Origin: Felis catus
Taxonomy: Eukaryota
Assembly (NCBI RefSeq): GCF_018350175.1
Contig: NC_058368.1
Span: 56,112,001-56,176,000, forward strand
DNA: 64,000 nt
Direction: 5' to 3'
The notes below the pieces were generated by a model. The model was not told the origin of the DNA and did no database searches. It worked only from the letters and a program-made list of their open reading frames with translations. Of this stretch, positions 38,013 to 51,339 are shown piece after piece (position 1 is the stretch's first letter; each line of letters opens with the position of its first letter). A program made the translations under genes and the position numbers.

Positions 38013-40256
38013 CTGGTTTCTTTTAATTCTGTCTTCCTGCCCAATAACAACATAACTGGATTTTGATAGTTACTTAACATGTTATATATGTGTATATAAG
38101 ATTTATCTATTTCATGACTAGATACTTAATAAAAAATTCTACAAAATATCTCTTAAGTTATCATCCCTTTTCTTAAGTAACGAGGTTTTGAAGTTTTGTG
38201 TTTTTTTGATATAATGTCTTAACATTATATCAAAATGCTAAAAGAAGAAACATGTTATAAAAAGTGACATTTGTACATTGTTTTCTCTCAAAGCCATATT
38301 CAAAATATATGTGTGAACATAGAATGTTTGACTTACCTAGGGACTTAAAGAAGGATAAGGAGTTGGCATCTTTTAGAACAATTTAATATGTTGGTCATAT
38401 ATGCTTACTATATGCATGAATCTTGAACTCTGGAGCTTGTACTGAAGTTTTATTTTGCCCTAAAATAGTTTTCTGTGTTTAAAGTTTATATTTTGTGCAT
38501 TTTACCAAGAAAGAATTGTAAGGCGAAAAAATTATGAAAAATTGACAAATTTGGTACAGAAAAATGAAAAAATATTATGATTTTCTCCATTATGTCACAC
38601 TATGTAAAAATTTAAATGACACAAGTAGCAAATATTATTTATCTCTTACGCACAATTATTTCAGTACTTTACAATGTATACATAAATGTTTATCTTTTAA
38701 AATTATTTTTGTGTCTTGGGTTGGGATGAAATCCATCATAATTTTCTTCAAAATCATTAAAGGAATCAAAGGAGTTTTGATAACCAGTGACAAGTTATAA
38801 TAATGACCTCTTTAATCTGAGCTTTCCTCACACCTTTCAAAAGCAATGCACTTTAATAGAAAATAAAGATGCATGTGCACATATAAACACACACACACGT
38901 ACATACATACACACCTCCACACACAGAGCTGCCCATGATAAAGCCAGATGATAGACATGACTGCACATTTCAAAATACTTACATTTAAATATATCAGAAA
39001 ACATAGTCCAGAGTTACTTCTCATTATCACTTTTGAGAAGAGTATGATAAATCAGGGGAAAAAATAGGCGAAACAGAGAAAATGGGATTTAGCAAGGATC
39101 AAAAATCACTTGCTGAAAGAAAATTTTGATAATAAATTTGGAAATATTTAAAAAGAATTTTGGCATATCAGTGGAGTGACTATAGGGAAGGAAGTTTAAA
39201 ACGTGTGATTTTGATGTCGGCTTTTCAAAGCTATTGCTTTGGGAAAAAAGGAATGTGAAAAGGAAGGCTCTGGGACTCTTTAAATATGGGGTGATAGAAC
39301 AAAATAAAAGTAGGAGGGGCAAATTTATGTTGTGTAAAACCAAAGAGAATAACAACAGTAAAAGACACTGAAGCCACTTAATCCTTCCCCCAAATCTGCA
39401 GAAAAATAAAGGTATCCATTAAATAAATGATTCTTTATTACACTGAAAGTAAAGGCACCTTTGAACTAGGAATCTGCTCTAAATTTGTAAAGTATATACC
39501 TATGAAACAGAAAACAGCCTAAATATTGACAAAAAGTCTATTAAAAAACAAAATGAGAATAAAACATGAATTGATAAAATGCGCTTCATGAACAAACAGA
39601 AAGAGCACAAAGAAGACAACTACTAAAAACATCCCTGATTGGATTAAATATTTTCTACCAAACATCTGGATATATTTTCAAACCTGAAAGCAGAAATGTT
39701 AAAATAAAATAGAATAGAAAAATGGGAGAAGTAATGGGAGAAGTAAAAACTATCATAGAAATGAACACCTAATTACCATTTTCCTAAAGGAAGTTAAAAT
39801 CTAATAGAAATTTAGCAATGGCTATTGAAGGAAGGTAGTTAAAACAACAATAGAATAAAAAATAGACTATAAAAGAAGAAGTAGAAAACTTTCAGAGAAA
39901 GTGGTTGAAGTGGCAGCAAGGCAAAGGAGATCTAATATATATAATTGGAGACCCTAAAAAGAAAACAAACAAACAAAAAAACTGAACCAAACTCATATTT
40001 AAATTAAAATTTACAAAATCCAGATATAAAAACAACCTGAATCTTAATATTGACCAATTTTTGTGATATAAAAGAAAACTGGTTTAAAACACAACTTTAA
40101 GACATATCTGTGCAAACAATAACATTTATAGATAAAGACAAAATCCATAGGACTTCCATGTAAATAAAATCCAAGTTGTTTGTAAACACTTGGGAATTAG
40201 ACTTGCATCAAACATTTCAAGAGCCTTGTTCATAGCAAGGCTAAAATGCAGAAGCA

Positions 40257-40625
40257 GGGGCACCTGGGTGGCTTGGTCGGTGTCAGACTTCAGCTCAGAT
40301 CATGATCTTGCAGTTCCCTGCTTCGGATTCTGTGTCTCCCTCTCTCTCTGCCCCCTCCCCATCTTGCACTCTGTCTCTTTCAAAAATAGACAAACATTAA
40401 AAAAATTAATTAATAGGGGTGCCTGGGTGTCTCAGTCAGTTAAGCATCCGACTAAGGCTCAGGTGATGATCTTGTGGTTAATCAGTTTGAGCCCTGCGTC
40501 GGGCGCTGTGTTGACAGCTTGGAGCCTGGAGCCTATTTAAGATTCTGTGTCTCCCTCTCTCTCTGCCTCTCTCTCTTTCTCTCTCTCAAAGATAAAAAAA
40601 AAAAAATTTAAATTTTTTTAAAAAT
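40257..40625 (+). mobile_element. Two CAN-SINEs in tandem (40257-40410 internally deleted; 40416-40625)
   Basis: Both enclosed by one 15-bp TSD TAAAATGCAGAAGCA (40242-40256 and 40626-40640). Confidence 0.92.
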
Positions 40626-41105
40626 TAAAATGCAGAAGCAATTTCAAGAAAGTCAAAGAATGAACTATGAACAAGGTATTTTATGCCTCTAAACTGTTCT
40701 TCCAGTGTCAACCCATAGAAAAAAAATTTAAATGCAAGAAGGCACTTAATACTATACTTTTGAGGATTATAGAAATGTATAGACTTTGTTAAAAGGTGAA
40801 AAATTTTAGGAAAGTGAAAAAAATAAATACCATTTAAAATACTTTTTTATAGATCTAAATTCTGATGAAGGTGAGAATGAGGATAGAATGATAGCTATTT
40901 ACAAGTATTTACTTGTAGAAAAAAATATAGAAAAGTAGAAAAAAATATAACTAAAATGTGAGAAGAGATAAAACAGGAAAGAACATGAAGTGTATTGATT
41001 GTGATATAGAAAATAGTATAAGGCAAAGTATATCAATAAAAATGGAGAAAGTTTAATAAAAGTATTAATGAAAACAGATGATGCCAGACATTAAAATGGT
41101 ATACA

Positions 41106-41319
41106 TTTTTTTAATCTTTATTTACTTTTGAGAGACAGAGAGAGACAGAGCATGAGTAGGGGAGGGGCAGAAAGAGAGATGGGGACACAGAATCCAAAGC
41201 AGGCTCTAGACTCTGAGATGTCAGCACAGAGGCCAAGGCGGGGCTCGAACACATGATCCGTGAGATTGTGACCTGAGCTGAAGTCGGATGTTCAACCGAC
41301 TGAGCCACCCAGGTGCCCC
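41106..41319 (-). mobile_element. CAN-SINE
   Basis: Full antisense SINE; TATACATTT repeated on both flanks. Confidence 0.94.
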
Positions 41320-41600
41320 TAAAGTGATATACATTTAAAGTCAACCAGTATACTGAAATTAACATTCACAAATTAAAAAAAAAATAACAAAAGGAAAAAT
41401 TACATACTGTTGAGAAGAAAACATAGTAAATATAGTACTTGAAGCATACTATTTTATCAAGGAGTGATTTGACAGATGTGAGCTATATCAGACTTGTGAA
41501 TGAAGGTCAAATCACCTATTGAAAATTTCAGAATGTCTCACAGAGAGGGAAACAACTAAATTCTGCTTCCAGGAGACTCACTTAAAACAAGGTGTTTTTA

Positions 41601-41828
41601 TTTTTATTTTTTTATTATTTTTTTTCAACGTTTATTTATTTTTGGGACAGAGAGAGACAGAGCATGAACGGGGGAGGGGCAGAGAGAGAGGGAGACACAG
41701 AATCGGAAACAGGCTCCAGGCTCTGAGCCATCAGCCCAGAGCCTGACGCGGGGCTCGAACTCCCGGACCGCGAGATCGTGACCTGGCTGAAGTCGCATGC
41801 TTAACCGACTGCGCCACCCAGGCGCCCC
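41601..41828 (-). mobile_element. CAN-SINE (young SINEC_Fc-like)
   Basis: Perfect 17-bp TSD AAAACAAGGTGTTTTTA (41584-41600 and 41829-41845). Confidence 0.97.
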
Positions 41829-41857
41829 AAAACAAGGTGTTTTTAAAATGAATAAAT

Positions 41858-42125
41858 ATTTTTTATTTACATCTTAGTTAATATAGAGTGCAATATTGGT
41901 TTCAGAATTGGAATTCAGTGATTCATACAACACCCAGTGCTCATCACAACTGCCCTCATCACAAGTGCCCTCCATAATACCCATCATCCATCTAGCCCAT
42001 CTCTCATCCATCTCCCTCCATCAACCTTCAGTTTGTTCTCTACCTTTAAGATTCTCTTGTGGTTTGTTTCCCTTTCTTCTCTTTTCCCCCCACTTCCCAT
42101 ACATTCATCTGTTTCGTTTCTTAAA
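41858..42125 (-). mobile_element. Carnivore L1 3' end fragment
   Basis: Antisense 3' UTR CAACACCCAGTGCTCATCACA..CAGTTTGTTCTCTA. Confidence 0.8.
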
Positions 42126-42803
42126 TACATAAAGACAAGATAAGTAAAAACAAGAAGAAAATAGGCATTGCTATTTGAACGTCAGGCAAAATAGAATACA
42201 ATAGGATTAAATATACAAAGGTGTGCATTTTTTTAATGTTAAAAGCCACAAACCACCACATGTATAATTACATATGCACCAAATAATACTGCAGTGGACT
42301 TAACAAGCAGAAAAAGGGGATAAAATGTAGACAAAGACAGAAACACAAATATATCAGAAGAGTTTAATGCGTTGTTCTCAGGAAAGGGCTAATAAAGTAG
42401 ACAAACAAGAATATAGAAGAAACTTAAAATGTAATCAATAATTAGACCTATGGAACCTAAAACTTTGCCACGTGATTAATAGAGAATATACTTTATTCAA
42501 GAGTGAAAATGGCATATTAACAAAAATTGTCAATTAAATCACAAAAAAATCAGTAGTTTAGTTCTTAAAGTAGAAACTCTGCCAACAACAGTCTCCGATC
42601 ATAATCATTGTATCTAAAAAAAATACAAAAATTATTTTTATATAGCTCCATTTCACTGATTTTTTAAATTAAGCAACTCAAGTGTGAAAGAAGTGAAAAA
42701 TTATATAATTTCTAAAAAAATAAAGACTACATTAAATTTTATAACTCATAAGATATATTTATTGTGGTAATTAGGAAAAATTCATAGCCTAAAACACGGT
42801 ATC

Positions 42804-43030
42804 GGTGTGCCTGGGTGGCTGAGTCGGATAACCATCTGACTTCGGCTCGGATCATGATCTCATAGTTTGTGGGTTCGGGCCCTGCGTAGAGCTCTGTGTT
42901 GATAGCTCCAAGCCTGGAGCCTGCGTTGGATTCTGTGTCTCCCTGTCTCACTCTGCCCCTCCCCCACTCATGCTCTGTCTCCCTCTCTCTCAAAAATGAA
43001 TAAAAAACATTAAAAAAAGTAAAAAAAAAT
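42804..43030 (+). mobile_element. CAN-SINE
   Basis: SINE head, CT tract and A tail. Confidence 0.93.
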
Positions 43031-44994
43031 AACACACTTGTATCAATAAAATTGTAAGAAATAAGTAAAATTTATTAATTTACTTCAATTGATTGAAATG
43101 ATTTTCAATGACCTAAAAATGAAACCAAAACAAAAAACATACTTGAGAATCCACATTTTATAAGCATAAGTGTGAAACGTTTAATAAGCATAGAGCCCAT
43201 TAATTATTTTAAAGCACCAAAAATTGAGGGAACTTTCAAACTTCTGCAAAATAAGGATGACAGTGACACATTATTGATAGCATTGTCAACAGCACATGTA
43301 TAAGAAAATTACAAATGAAAATTTTTAATGAAAGTTATAAATTTCTTAATAAAATATAAAGAAAATGAACTATAGTAGAAAAATGATACAACATGACAAA
43401 ATGTGAAAAATATTTCTGGGATACAAGTTCATTTCAATGGTAAAAAGATTATTACTATAATTTACTATATTAATAGAGTAAAGGTGAACATTTTATCTTC
43501 ATAAAGATGAAATTCTATTGAAAACTCAATATCAATTCATTAAAAATAAGAAAATGTGGACTGAGGGTACCCTTGTGTTAACAATCACAGCCTATATTTT
43601 AGTATGAAAACTTATGTCTTCCAATTGGATCATGCATCTAAATATTACAAAACATACACACAGATACTAAAAGAAAACATGGGTAAATTCATTATGCTAA
43701 TCTTAATGTATGAAATGGTTTTTAATAATATAAAATCTAGAAGAAATAAAATATTAACTTCAATTAGATTTTAAAATTTTGGTCATGGAAATATGCGACA
43801 AGAAAAATCAAAAGGCAAATGACAGTGAACATATGATACACATTAGCATTGTTAGTCACAAATAGTGTGCTTGAGTTAATGTGAAGACAAAAAAAAACTT
43901 TACCAAAAAATGGACAGATGTAAAGAGATAACTAATAAAAAGAGTATGAAAATCACCTGTGAATCTTTCCTATGAAAGATTTTTAATCTCACACATCATA
44001 AGTGAAATAAAAATTAAAAGAATCCTGAGCAACTCTTTCCCATCAATCATAATGACCAAAAATAAAAGGTTGATAGTATGTTAAGATGGGAACAAGACAC
44101 TTTCTTATACATTGCTTTGTAAATGCAAAATGTTTTAACCTAATGACTATGAATTTGACTACATGTAACAAAATTGTACATGCTTTACCGTTCAATCCAA
44201 TCATCTCCAATAACAGGAATATACATCGACACAAGGTTATTCAACGTTACGTATAAAAGAGCACAAAAAAACAGCATAGAGACTATGCTGCATTTTATAT
44301 TGAAAGAAAAGGGAAATAAGAAAACATTCATTTGTCCCCATACTTTTGCAAAAAGAAATACAGGAAGGATAAAGCAGAAGCCAGGAGTAAAAATAGGGAG
44401 AGGGTTGAAAGGATCACGGGTGAGATACACCCGTAAAAATACTTTTTTAATATATAATTTTAAATACTGGGGTCATGTTAATGTCTTAATAGACATAACA
44501 TAAAATAAAATGCAAAGCAAATAAAATCCTAACATAGATGGATGTGGTATTTAAAGAATTGTGTTGTTCTGGTATGTAATCTCCAAATAAAACTCATCTC
44601 TACAAGGTGTTGACTTCCATTTCAAGGTTTGGTATTTGTTGTTGTATATAATTCTTCATGTTTTAGATTGTCTGAATCCTGAGGCACTGGCCATATTTAT
44701 AGTATGAAAGGTATATGATGGTTTAGTTGAATAGAAATCTGGAATTATTTGACTCACCAGTACCCTAACAATTCCCATCACGTCTGACTAAAAGTAACAA
44801 TTGGCATACTTCATGGAAACTCTCAAATATACACAATACAGCTTAGTATAACAATAGGTTTCACAGCTCTGTTAAATGTGCTCTGTAAAGTAAGTTGCTT
44901 ATCACTTTTTAGGCAATGACTCTTTAAAACTTTAAAGTTTGACTTCTGATTCTAAAACTATGCACAGACTTTTATTATTCTGTTTCCCACTTGC

Positions 44995-45677
44995 CTGTCT
45001 GTGTAAATGTGTACTGTTCTCAGTTTTTCCACTACAAGGATAGAAGCTGCATAAATCCTGTTATATTTGCAAACCTCAGGTCAGCATTAAAAATGATGAA
45101 CAATATTTCTGTATTTGAAAATGGCCTTGTTGAGGCTGAGAAAGAACCAGAGGCAATTAAATGCTTTTTATTTTTGTCACTGCTTAATATAAGGCTTTAT
45201 TTTTCATCTCTGTGTTTAATATGGGAATATAAATAAAATTAGATGAACTAATATTAATGAAACCTGTAAATAAGTAAGTAGTTGGAGGTGAAAAGTTCAA
45301 CAATCAATAGAAAACTCAATAATGAGGAAAAGAGAATATATGGCAATGAATGGTTATCTACGTATTAACTCAGATGAGTAGAGTACATCATTAATAATAC
45401 CAAGAGCTGGGTTCAGTTTTCACATGAGTTTTATTTTAGATAATAGCAAGAAGCTATGTTCCATCATCTTGGCTCTTTCCAATATGTACATTGTTTTGTT
45501 TTGTTTTAAGTCAGGCAGGCAATTGTATGAGAGCCAATTAACATTTATTTGAACACCTATCATACTCAACATTCTGATCTCAATGACTGGATGCAGCAGG
45601 GAAATGATGATATGAAATACCTTTTTCAGTCCACACAACTTAGAAGATAACATGAGTAAAACACCAAGATGCCAGAG
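44995..45677 (-). pseudogene. Two exon-like segments (45677-45621 and 45074-44995)
   Basis: CTTTCTCCTTAG|LWHLGVLLMLSSKLCGLKK|GTATTT (57 nt, phase 0), then CTGAG|VCKYNRIYAASILVVEKLRTVHIYTD|GCAAGT (GC-type donor); both open and in phase. Confidence 0.38.
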
Positions 45678-46407
45678 CTAAGGAGAAAGTTTTAGCCCTG
45701 TAATTCAGAAAATGCTTAGCTGAGGTCTGTATTCAGCTCCACTAAAATCTGGAAGCGATTCTTTCTGCCAAGAGGAGATTTTGATTATATACACCTATCC
45801 ATTACTTAATGGCTTTACTTTGTGTAAATTGTCTCTGAGAAACCTACAACTCAGCAAACACTATTAAACTAAGTGCCAATTTTAATATTTTTATCCTAGT
45901 ATATTTCCATAATTACATAAAAGATGCACAATACAACAAAAAATGTATAGCCTTTATTCATATTAACATTTTGCTCATTTGCTTCTTTACAGCTCCTTCC
46001 CCCTACACACACATTTTTTTTTCTGAATCACGTAATAGAAATTTAGATTCAGAGTCTAGAAATACTTTAGTATATATTATGCTAATGTTTAAAGCAGCAT
46101 AGGCCTAGTCCAGAATCAATTTGAGAAGGCACCACACAACAGTATAAATAATGGGAGGTATGTTTCATGGTAACCAAAGTCAACCACATAAATGTAAAAC
46201 TTCTCACATAAGGCTGGTCACTTTGAAAGGTGATGGTTACACATAGTAACATTTCTTTCATTTCAAGATATTTTTGGTTTATACTGAAACTTGATGGTTC
46301 TGTATACTAAAACAGTCCTAAGAACTTTACAAGACTGTAGTTAACTCCCAATTCTGACTCCATTATAACATTATTAAAACTGAAACCTCTTGTTGAATTC
46401 CTATCTC

Positions 46408-46437
46408 TGTTGTTGTTGTTGTTTTTAGTTTACTTAT

Positions 46438-46496
<59 letters not shown>

Positions 46497-46642
46497 GAGG
46501 AAGAGAGGCAGAGAGAGGGGGAGAGAGAGAATCCCAAGCAGGTTCCAGGTCGATGTGGGGCTCAAACCCGCGAACCGTGAGATCATGACCTGAGCTGAAA
46601 TCAAGAATTGGATGCTCAACTGACTGAGCCACTCATGTGTCC
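46408..46642 (-). mobile_element. CAN-SINE with long (GA)n
   Basis: Antisense SINE body. Confidence 0.92.
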
Positions 46643-47128
46643 TCTATGTTGTTTGTTGACTCAGTATTATGTTTTCAGGTCTGATGAAGCAGCTAACTAA
46701 CCGTATATAATTTTGCATTCCAGTTATAGTCAGCCTTATTTTCAAGAAGAGTTCGCTTATTCATATCACAATGGACTCATGGATTCCTACAGAATTTAAT
46801 GAGTTAGAATCAATTTCCATTATGACTTTTGATGCTCAAAATGTTCTCTTTTAGCCCATGGAAATTTTTTAAGCTGACTTTTGTGACTTTTGTCATGGTC
46901 TAATCATTCTTTGAGTTCTCATTTTCTGGTACAAAAACATACTCCAGTCTCCCCTTGTTTCCCTCCCTAGCACTAGAACCTAAAATTTCTTCAAGGAATT
47001 CTGTTTTCTGGAAAATGGTGGAAAACAATTTTTGGAAACTAAGATCTAGATCTTCATGTGCTCATTGTTATTTTAATGTTGCTTTACCTGTGCCCTCATG
47101 GTAGAGAAAAGGAGCTTTATGTAGGAAT

Positions 47129-47129
<1 letters not shown>

Positions 47130-47167
<38 letters not shown>
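47130..47167. repeat. (CA)n microsatellite
   Basis: Direct reading. Confidence 0.95.
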
Positions 47168-47168
<1 letters not shown>

Positions 47169-47907
47169 CTATGCACTCATCAACAGCTATCAAGATCAGT
47201 GAGCACACTAACTTCTCTAATTCCATAGTTGTAACTAATTCCCTTCTCCAACAGGGAGAGTATCAGTCTCCCTTTTTTCTCAATAAGCTACTTATTTATT
47301 TGATCTGTTTATAGTATGTAATCAAGCAGTGGCACTGTGTGCAGACACCCTTCTCGATTTGTTTGAGTTCCAACGATTCCTGGGTTCTTCCACTTTATCA
47401 CTACCTACACATCTCACCTTATTGGACTCTGATACCACACAATGAGTCACCACTTCCATCATGCAAAATCCCTCCTTGGGGATTCCACTTTGGAAAAGTG
47501 CATGGATGCCACTCTCCTCAAACTAACTGAACACTGACACCCCACTCCTGAGCTTGTGACCATGACCTCCCATGTGGAATCACCAATGCAGTACTAGCCT
47601 CATGCCAGTTTGCACCCTGAGCTGGTTCACTTCTTAGCTCCTCACACCTTATACTACATCATTGCCACCTATCCTGGTAAGGATGCCCTTCACTAGACCC
47701 TGACACCCATACTGCTTAAATAATTATGAAAACATGTGCTTTGGTTTCAGAAATTATATATCCTTTGAAATGTAAGTTGATTAATGACTCTGACACTCTT
47801 TACAAATAAAATACTTAAGATTTTCTTAAATATTTTTTTGATTTTAAGCATTTAAAAGAAAAAACAATAAAAACCACTATTAAAAGCTGATTAGTACTTG
47901 AATGCTT

Positions 47908-48098
47908 ATCCATAATTTGGTTATTATAAATAGTGCTGCGGGGTACCTAGGTGGCTCAGTCGATTAAGCGTCCAACTTCAGCTCAGGTCACAATCACACA
48001 GTTTGTGTGTTCGAGCCCTGCATAGGCTCTCTGCTGTCAGGACAGAGACTGTTTCAGATCTCTGATCCCCTTCTCTCTCTGCTCCTTCCCAGCTTGTG

Positions 48099-48134
<36 letters not shown>

Positions 48135-48805
48135 ATAAATAAATATTGTAAAAAATATAAATAATGCTGCAATAAACATAGGAGTTTATGTATCTTCTCA
48201 AATTAGTGTTTTCATATTCTTTGGGCAAATACCAGTAGTGGAATACTAGATTATATGGTAGTTCTATTTTAAGTTTTTTGAGGTACCTCCATACTCTTTT
48301 CCACAGTGGCTGCCCCAGTTTGCATTCCCACCAGTAGTTTGCAAGGGGTCCTTTTTCTTCACCACCTAAGTGTTCATTGACATATGAATAGATGAAGAAA
48401 GTGTGATATATACATAATGGAATATTACTCAGCCATTAAAAAGAATGAAATCCTGCCATTTGCAACAACACGGATGGAACTAGAGGGTATAATGCTAAGT
48501 GTAATAAGTCAGTCAGAGAAAGACAGGTACCAGATGAGTACCTGTTTCTCATATGAGAAACATATGAACAAAGAAACAAAAAAGATGCAAACAAACAAAA
48601 AACCCCACAGATTCTTAAATATAGGGAACAAACTGATGGTTATCAGAGGGGAGGTGGGTCAGGGGGTGGGTGAAACAGGTAAAAGGGATTAAGAGTATAC
48701 TTATCATGATGTGCACTGAGTAATATATAGAATTGTTGATTCACTGTATTGTACATAGGAAACTAATATAACACTGTACGTTAATTATACTGGAATTAAA
48801 AATGT
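47908..48805. mobile_element. 5'-inverted carnivore L1 3' portion (antisense 47908-48360, sense 48361-48805)
   Basis: Adjacent ORF2-end segments in opposite orientations; the sense part gives MEYYSAIKKNEILPFATT and the 3' UTR. Confidence 0.85.
47940..48155 (+). mobile_element. CAN-SINE inserted in the inverted L1 segment
   Basis: TSD TATAAATA(G/A)TGCTGC. Confidence 0.92.
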
Positions 48806-51339
48806 TTTAAAACTAAACATTTATGGCAAAAAGACCAATAACCCAATTGAAAAATAAAAAATGAAAAGACAAGCATACTAGCACTTTGATATTTCGTGAG
48901 TTACAAATGTTCTAATACAAATGGGTATATTTATTATTTTTTTTAATGAGCTTGGGTTACATACAATTATCAAAATCTTTTATTCACATTAGGATCTGGT
49001 TTAAATCCTTAACAATTTTCTTATATTTATTTATTCACATTGGTTATCTTGTTTTCATTACTTTCTAAGTACCAGAAAACCTGCTGGGAAATTTGACCTA
49101 TCTGCTCCGTGTGTTCTAGCATTTCACCTGGGAAACCATTTTGACTCTTGTAATCATTGGTATCTAGTTGTCACGTGTTTATATATGTTAGGAACAAAAG
49201 CACACACACATGCAATATACACCTATTATTTTTTTAACTTAGAAAGTGAGTATCACTCTCAATATACATCTCTGGCACTTAATTGTGTTTTTTTTTCCTG
49301 TTCTACATTTTAAGGCTCATCTATCTATATTATTGTATTTGTCCCAACTCAATCATGTTATAGCTATATAATATTCTATTTTGCTCATACCTACATTTTC
49401 TGCCAATGAAATCAAGTTAGTTTTCTGAAATTCATTATGAACATCTTAGCAGTGTATCCTAGAGTATATATGATCAAATTTCCCCTTTGTGTATACTGGC
49501 AAATAGAATTTCTAGGTTGCAGTGTATGTAATATGTCAGCCTTCACAAGTAGAACCCACTTAAACAATCCCAACAGTAATGTATCATCTGTAGTCACATC
49601 CTAACTCATCTCTGTTAGATTATTTATATTAATGGATATAAAATGTTTTGTATAACTTTATTCATAATTTAAAGTTCATAATTCTTAGCCTCCTCCCTCC
49701 TGGCATGATTTTAACCATAAAACATAGACAGTTAGGGTTTTCTCATTAAATCAGCTGAAGCTCCAGATATGTTTAATGGGCCATAATTTAGGTCCAAAGT
49801 TAAAAATTTCATTTCTTTCTTCAGTTTCTTTGCAACTTTGTATTCATCGTTCAGGTGGCCAAACCCTTCTCATGTACTTTAATTTTGGAATCTTCACTGT
49901 TTCTGAAAAAGATGCCTATATTGAGTGTTGTGTCTTTATATTTTATACTGTTATTATTTTAAAATTTCAACTCTGCCTCCTGACTTTTCTCATTTTACAG
50001 TAGATACAAACCTAGTATAAAGTTCTTTATTCTGAAGTTGGCCTGATGTGGTTTGATTTAATATAAATATTTTGTGGTCAATTATGATTTCTCAAATTAT
50101 CTTTAATTATCATTGATCCACATTACTGACATCCTGCCATGGTCAATAAATTCACATATTATCTTACTGATTTTATAATTTTTAGGATATTGTAATGGGT
50201 TTGGGCATAACTTCATAAGTCTATCAAGTCCAATAATATATAGACTAGTTCTGAAACAGACATACAGATCAGTGGAAGGTAATATAAAGTCCAGAAATAA
50301 ATTCATTAATATTGTGACATGGTCAGGAAAGATTTGACTCCTTAATATACATAGACAGTGTGTAGGTAACATTGGCTCTTTACTATATTTCTAAATTTGA
50401 TAATTTATATCTGAGTAAATTTAAAAATGATTATATCGCATATGAGTATTTTAGCAGTAAACTTACATGAATTTATTAAACTACAACCTCACCATATAAC
50501 TTACTTATTAACTATAAGTCTTACTTTAAATTTCCTGTATCAAACAATAATTTGACTTTTTAATCATGTAATGCAAGAATTTTTTATGATAACTAAAACA
50601 TTTAATTTAATAATATCAATACAAATAGGTTCAAAATAGAGCCTCCTTTAGGAGACTGTTATTTAAAGTATTCATGAATAGTATGTCACAGTGTTTTTGC
50701 TATGTGCAAGTGTTTGTTTTTGTGAGATTTAAAATTTGGCTTCTTCTATAGACTTTGTTATTCTAACATGTGATTCAGTATATCAAAATAAACTGTAGTT
50801 GTCTTTCCTTTTCCTCTTCTCTTTCCCTCTCTGAAACTCCAATCCACAAGCCACTAGGTAGGACTGAGTGAGGCAGGTGCTTATGTTTATAGGTGTGTTG
50901 AAAAGGAGTCAAGGTGCTTCATAATCTGAATCAGAGCCCAAATAGAGTGAAGATGATGTTCAAATGAAAATAGTGTTCAAATGAAAAAGGCAGCCCAGCA
51001 AGGGGTACTGGTACCAGAACAGGATCAGCAAAGAAATCACACCTGGGCAGGAGAGATGGCAAAAGTGGCAGCAGCTGCCCAGCCCAAAAAATTGAAATTA
51101 GAACAGAATTAGAAGGGCATCTGTCCCCCCTGGGGAGTCTGCAGCCTGGCTTAGGATATAATACCTAAGAGGAGTAAGGGGAGTATCCATTGTGTATTAT
51201 AGTTGCTCAGGGTAGGGAATAAGTACACAAGTGGAGGTAATAACATCAAGGAATGAGAAACAGCTCACTACTGGGTTTTAAAGACCCCAAAAAGTATGAA
51301 ACTGGCATGCAAAAGGCAAGAAGGTGGAAATGGAGAAAA

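Larger units (their letters stand above)
39450..44520 (+). mobile_element. Ancient L1M (ORF1, endonuclease, ORF2 remnants) with later SINE and L1 insertions
   Basis: AGGAGATCTAATATATATAATTGGAG resembles ORF1 RRSNI.IIG; FCFQETHLK resembles the endonuclease CLQETHL motif; A-rich sense strand. Confidence 0.65.
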
